Shown here piece by piece: positions 63,101 through 64,000 of a stretch of 64,000 nucleotides of DNA. The translations under genes and the position numbers were made by a program. Source of the stretch: Aeriscardovia sp. (GTDB lineage: Bacteria; Actinomycetota; Actinomycetes; Actinomycetales; Bifidobacteriaceae). The notes beneath the pieces are model-generated. The model was not told the DNA's origin. It did no database searches and worked only from the letters and a program-made list of their open reading frames with translations. Numbering within the stretch: the first letter of the stretch is position 1; each line of letters opens with the position of its first letter. The stretch spans positions 6,198 to 70,197 of the forward strand of contig JAGBQH010000001.1 in assembly GCA_017632945.1 (NCBI GenBank). The letters are read 5' to 3'.

Positions 63101-64000
63101 GTCTCTCCGTTTGAGGGGATGGCGTAGTCGAGTATGGAAAGCAGAGAAGAAAGGCCCTGGTAAGTAAGAAGGTTATAGGAGGAAGAGCCCACCTGTGCCA
63201 CGGCTTCGGCGTTCTTCTGGAAGGCGGCGAGGCACGAAGAAGGGGAAGGGGAAGAGAGTCCAAGGGCATGGGCGGCTCCCTCACCGTTAGGGAGGGAAGA
63301 ATTACTGATACAGGAAGAAATTACATAGGCTTCAAAGCTCGGCTCATAGTTATCTATTCCACTGTTGTAGCCAGATAATGATGTTGACACTACGCCTGTT
63401 TGAGGATTTACTCCTCCGAAGAATGCAGCTCCAATTTCCTCTTTTGGGGGTTTGTATGTGGACTCATTATAGGGGGTTACCCCCTCCCCACTGCTTTGAA
63501 GTCCCAGGCTAGTTCCAGAATAAAAGTTCCCGCTTAAAATCCAATTTTGGATTTGACTTTCATCAAGAGCGCCTGAAGAAGTGACGGGGATTGGGTCGAA
63601 GGTGGAGAGATCAAATGGAATTAAGTAGATTCCGGAAGATAGGGAAAGGGCACCTGAATTTTGACTGGGGATTGAGGCGGAACCGATTTGTGAGGAAGAG
63701 ATTGAGGTGGAACTGCTGTTCACCCTTCCTTCTGAGCTCGTTGAACCTGGCAAGACTCCCGCAGGGAGTCCTATAGTAGGGGCATCTGCAAATCCGGAAG
63801 GCGCGGAAGAGATAAGTATCGGATGAAGCCCTATCGCCTTTGTTTCGGATGTCGACTGGAATGAAGCTTTTTTTGAGCCTCTGTCCCCTTCGGCCTCAGC
63901 TTTTCGCCTTCCCTTCAAGGACGGTGAAACTTTTGATGAAGAAGAGGCAGAAGACTTTGCCGCGGCCATGGCGAAGGCCGCCCCTATGCCCCCTCCCGCC
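60148..64000 (-). CDS. Paralogous LPXTG-anchored surface protein (>1283 aa), N-terminus beyond the window
   Basis: LPFTG (60283..60297) plus TM helix plus tail. The frame stays open upstream of the track's Met: 63970..64000 translates AGGGIGAAFA, matching the signal-peptide end GGIGTGVAFAAMAAVKKSS of the neighbour. The true start is therefore beyond 64000. Confidence 0.85.
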   Translation of the reverse strand, partial: AGGGIGAAFAMAAAKSSASSSSKVSPSLKGRRKAEAEGDRGSKKASFQSTSETKAIGLHPILISSAPSGFADAPTIGLPAGVLPGSTSSEGRVNSSSTSISSSQIGSASIPSQNSGALSLSSGIYLIPFDLSTFDPIPVTSSGALDESQIQNWILSGNFYSGTSLGLQSSGEGVTPYNESTYKPPKEEIGAAFFGGVNPQTGVVSTSLSGYNSGIDNYEPSFEAYVISSCISNSSLPNGEGAAHALGLSSPSPSSCLAAFQKNAEAVAQVGSSSYNLLTYQGLSSLLSILDYAIPSNGETGYQGPGLEGPVIMTLGLSKTLMYFLASGLGYPQSDPAYFFDDVEVYTPPSYQISYVGKKEASYPWVFQQFSAHFRAISQSGKPLKEVSVTIMPDSYPWPIGLNGNWIGADIVPAYWDPEDLNNSAVEDASDSLNLSPPSPYRFFGWEGNFNGALVTLNSISGEPGTFDIPYLVPGTYTVTIAGEGSELADPSFKITLGTNGSESFTSENDPDGFVDASSYTVVTDSSNPSSSPLNSQGEETQNAPKAETGESHLFSYQLSTFLPYSSPLTLSFNPGEGYGLDLSKASISGLPLSLLEGEGASLSGNSISLDSEALSYIEENGYMPATSSSPGGKVKLTSGDVTDRTLSIEIPAYFASSFKAGDEIGWSASYSNSAQGEKGQTLTGDFAKGSALYQPYQPWFRAISENGKGLEKITIKWGLGKSLVNAPYNLHSEVNNSYNSVTLTSVAGHPGLFILPSSLIDDIKTTGITVAVWEGRPYENAYGYTWMFSMWVPQNASMCTQGTARDLCVINGDLAVTGALGFTGGSGGNGLFNPVTRTVIVADDPSIQILLPNGKVDSSDYPTETVGEDNSFTYQYQTVLPYSAVTAPDGGTLQLAGIWSLIMIVNPQAIGLIDSDMQVDGIPFSTLQKLFPQQGYNNVTSSGSLYLHLALGPAVLDYIASHGFMPATATSPVGSSPLDGGRILSVTFKAYLKPDFDLFEGKKYLQCIWRTEETGSNNVPLPQIYTNGPSDDSLPSSLSASDPSSATGLWFENTFENPKDNNKGCSIADSDSYSPTEFTVQNPSGEYLTPVESDGAFEGWEWSGSPYDFKERNSSGDFEWGGLADGTYTVKSVEYPSSLSFTSSLSYSSPQILEGKGTASVTWGHPEARGGAWSFNWYISGGYLDYSDIQGGETDWSGPPPLPTSNLKGSASSACYINPGGPTPAPAPSAPSHLPFTGGKGVLGLSLASSFLFLLGAGVWWGLKKKRGSHASLDSSSKKHGF

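Overview
Gene-dense core chromosome of an actinobacterium. Lineage markers are rbpA, a GarA/OdhI-like FHA protein, orn, and the blocks prfA-prmC-tsaC-wecA, gmk-rpoZ-metK-priA-fmt and proS-nusA-infB-rbfA-truB-ribF. From memory only, the EF-Tu sequence and a solitary CIRCE-controlled groES without groEL resemble Bifidobacteriaceae. I call about 58 CDS, 4 tRNAs (Val-TAC, His-GTG, Leu-TAG, Thr-CGT), one CIRCE operator and four or five hairpin terminators. I found no rRNA, CRISPR array, transposase, integrase or phage genes. Layout: 1-9.2 kb (+) holds ung and a translationally coupled MoxR/DUF58/VWA operon ending in an 809-aa membrane protein. 9.3-50.1 kb is almost entirely minus-strand housekeeping genes (fmt, priA, metK, rpoZ, gmk, tyrS, efp, nusB, tuf, fusA, rpsGL, rpoBC, the nusA-infB block, proS, prfA, groES). 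50.3-56 kb holds tRNAs, an ABC1 kinase, rpe, pgsA-like, FHA and rbpA. 56.9-64 kb holds two large paralogous LPXTG surface proteins, the second running off the window. Most of the window is ordinary. Four loci deserve a second look. (1) A Lactobacillales-type tyrP-tdc-tyrS tyramine cassette sits inside the nusB...gmk operon. (2) An FHA protein is translationally coupled to rpoC and faces a PP2C phosphatase and an LRV-like protein, all between rpoBC and the str operon. (3) The seven-gene MoxR-VWA operon ends in a pseudokinase/flippase-like fusion. (4) The tandem LPXTG proteins have a G9 tract upstream of one gene and an unusual conserved C-terminal tail. None of these is proven novel from sequence alone. 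All homology statements are by-eye motif recognition, not searches.
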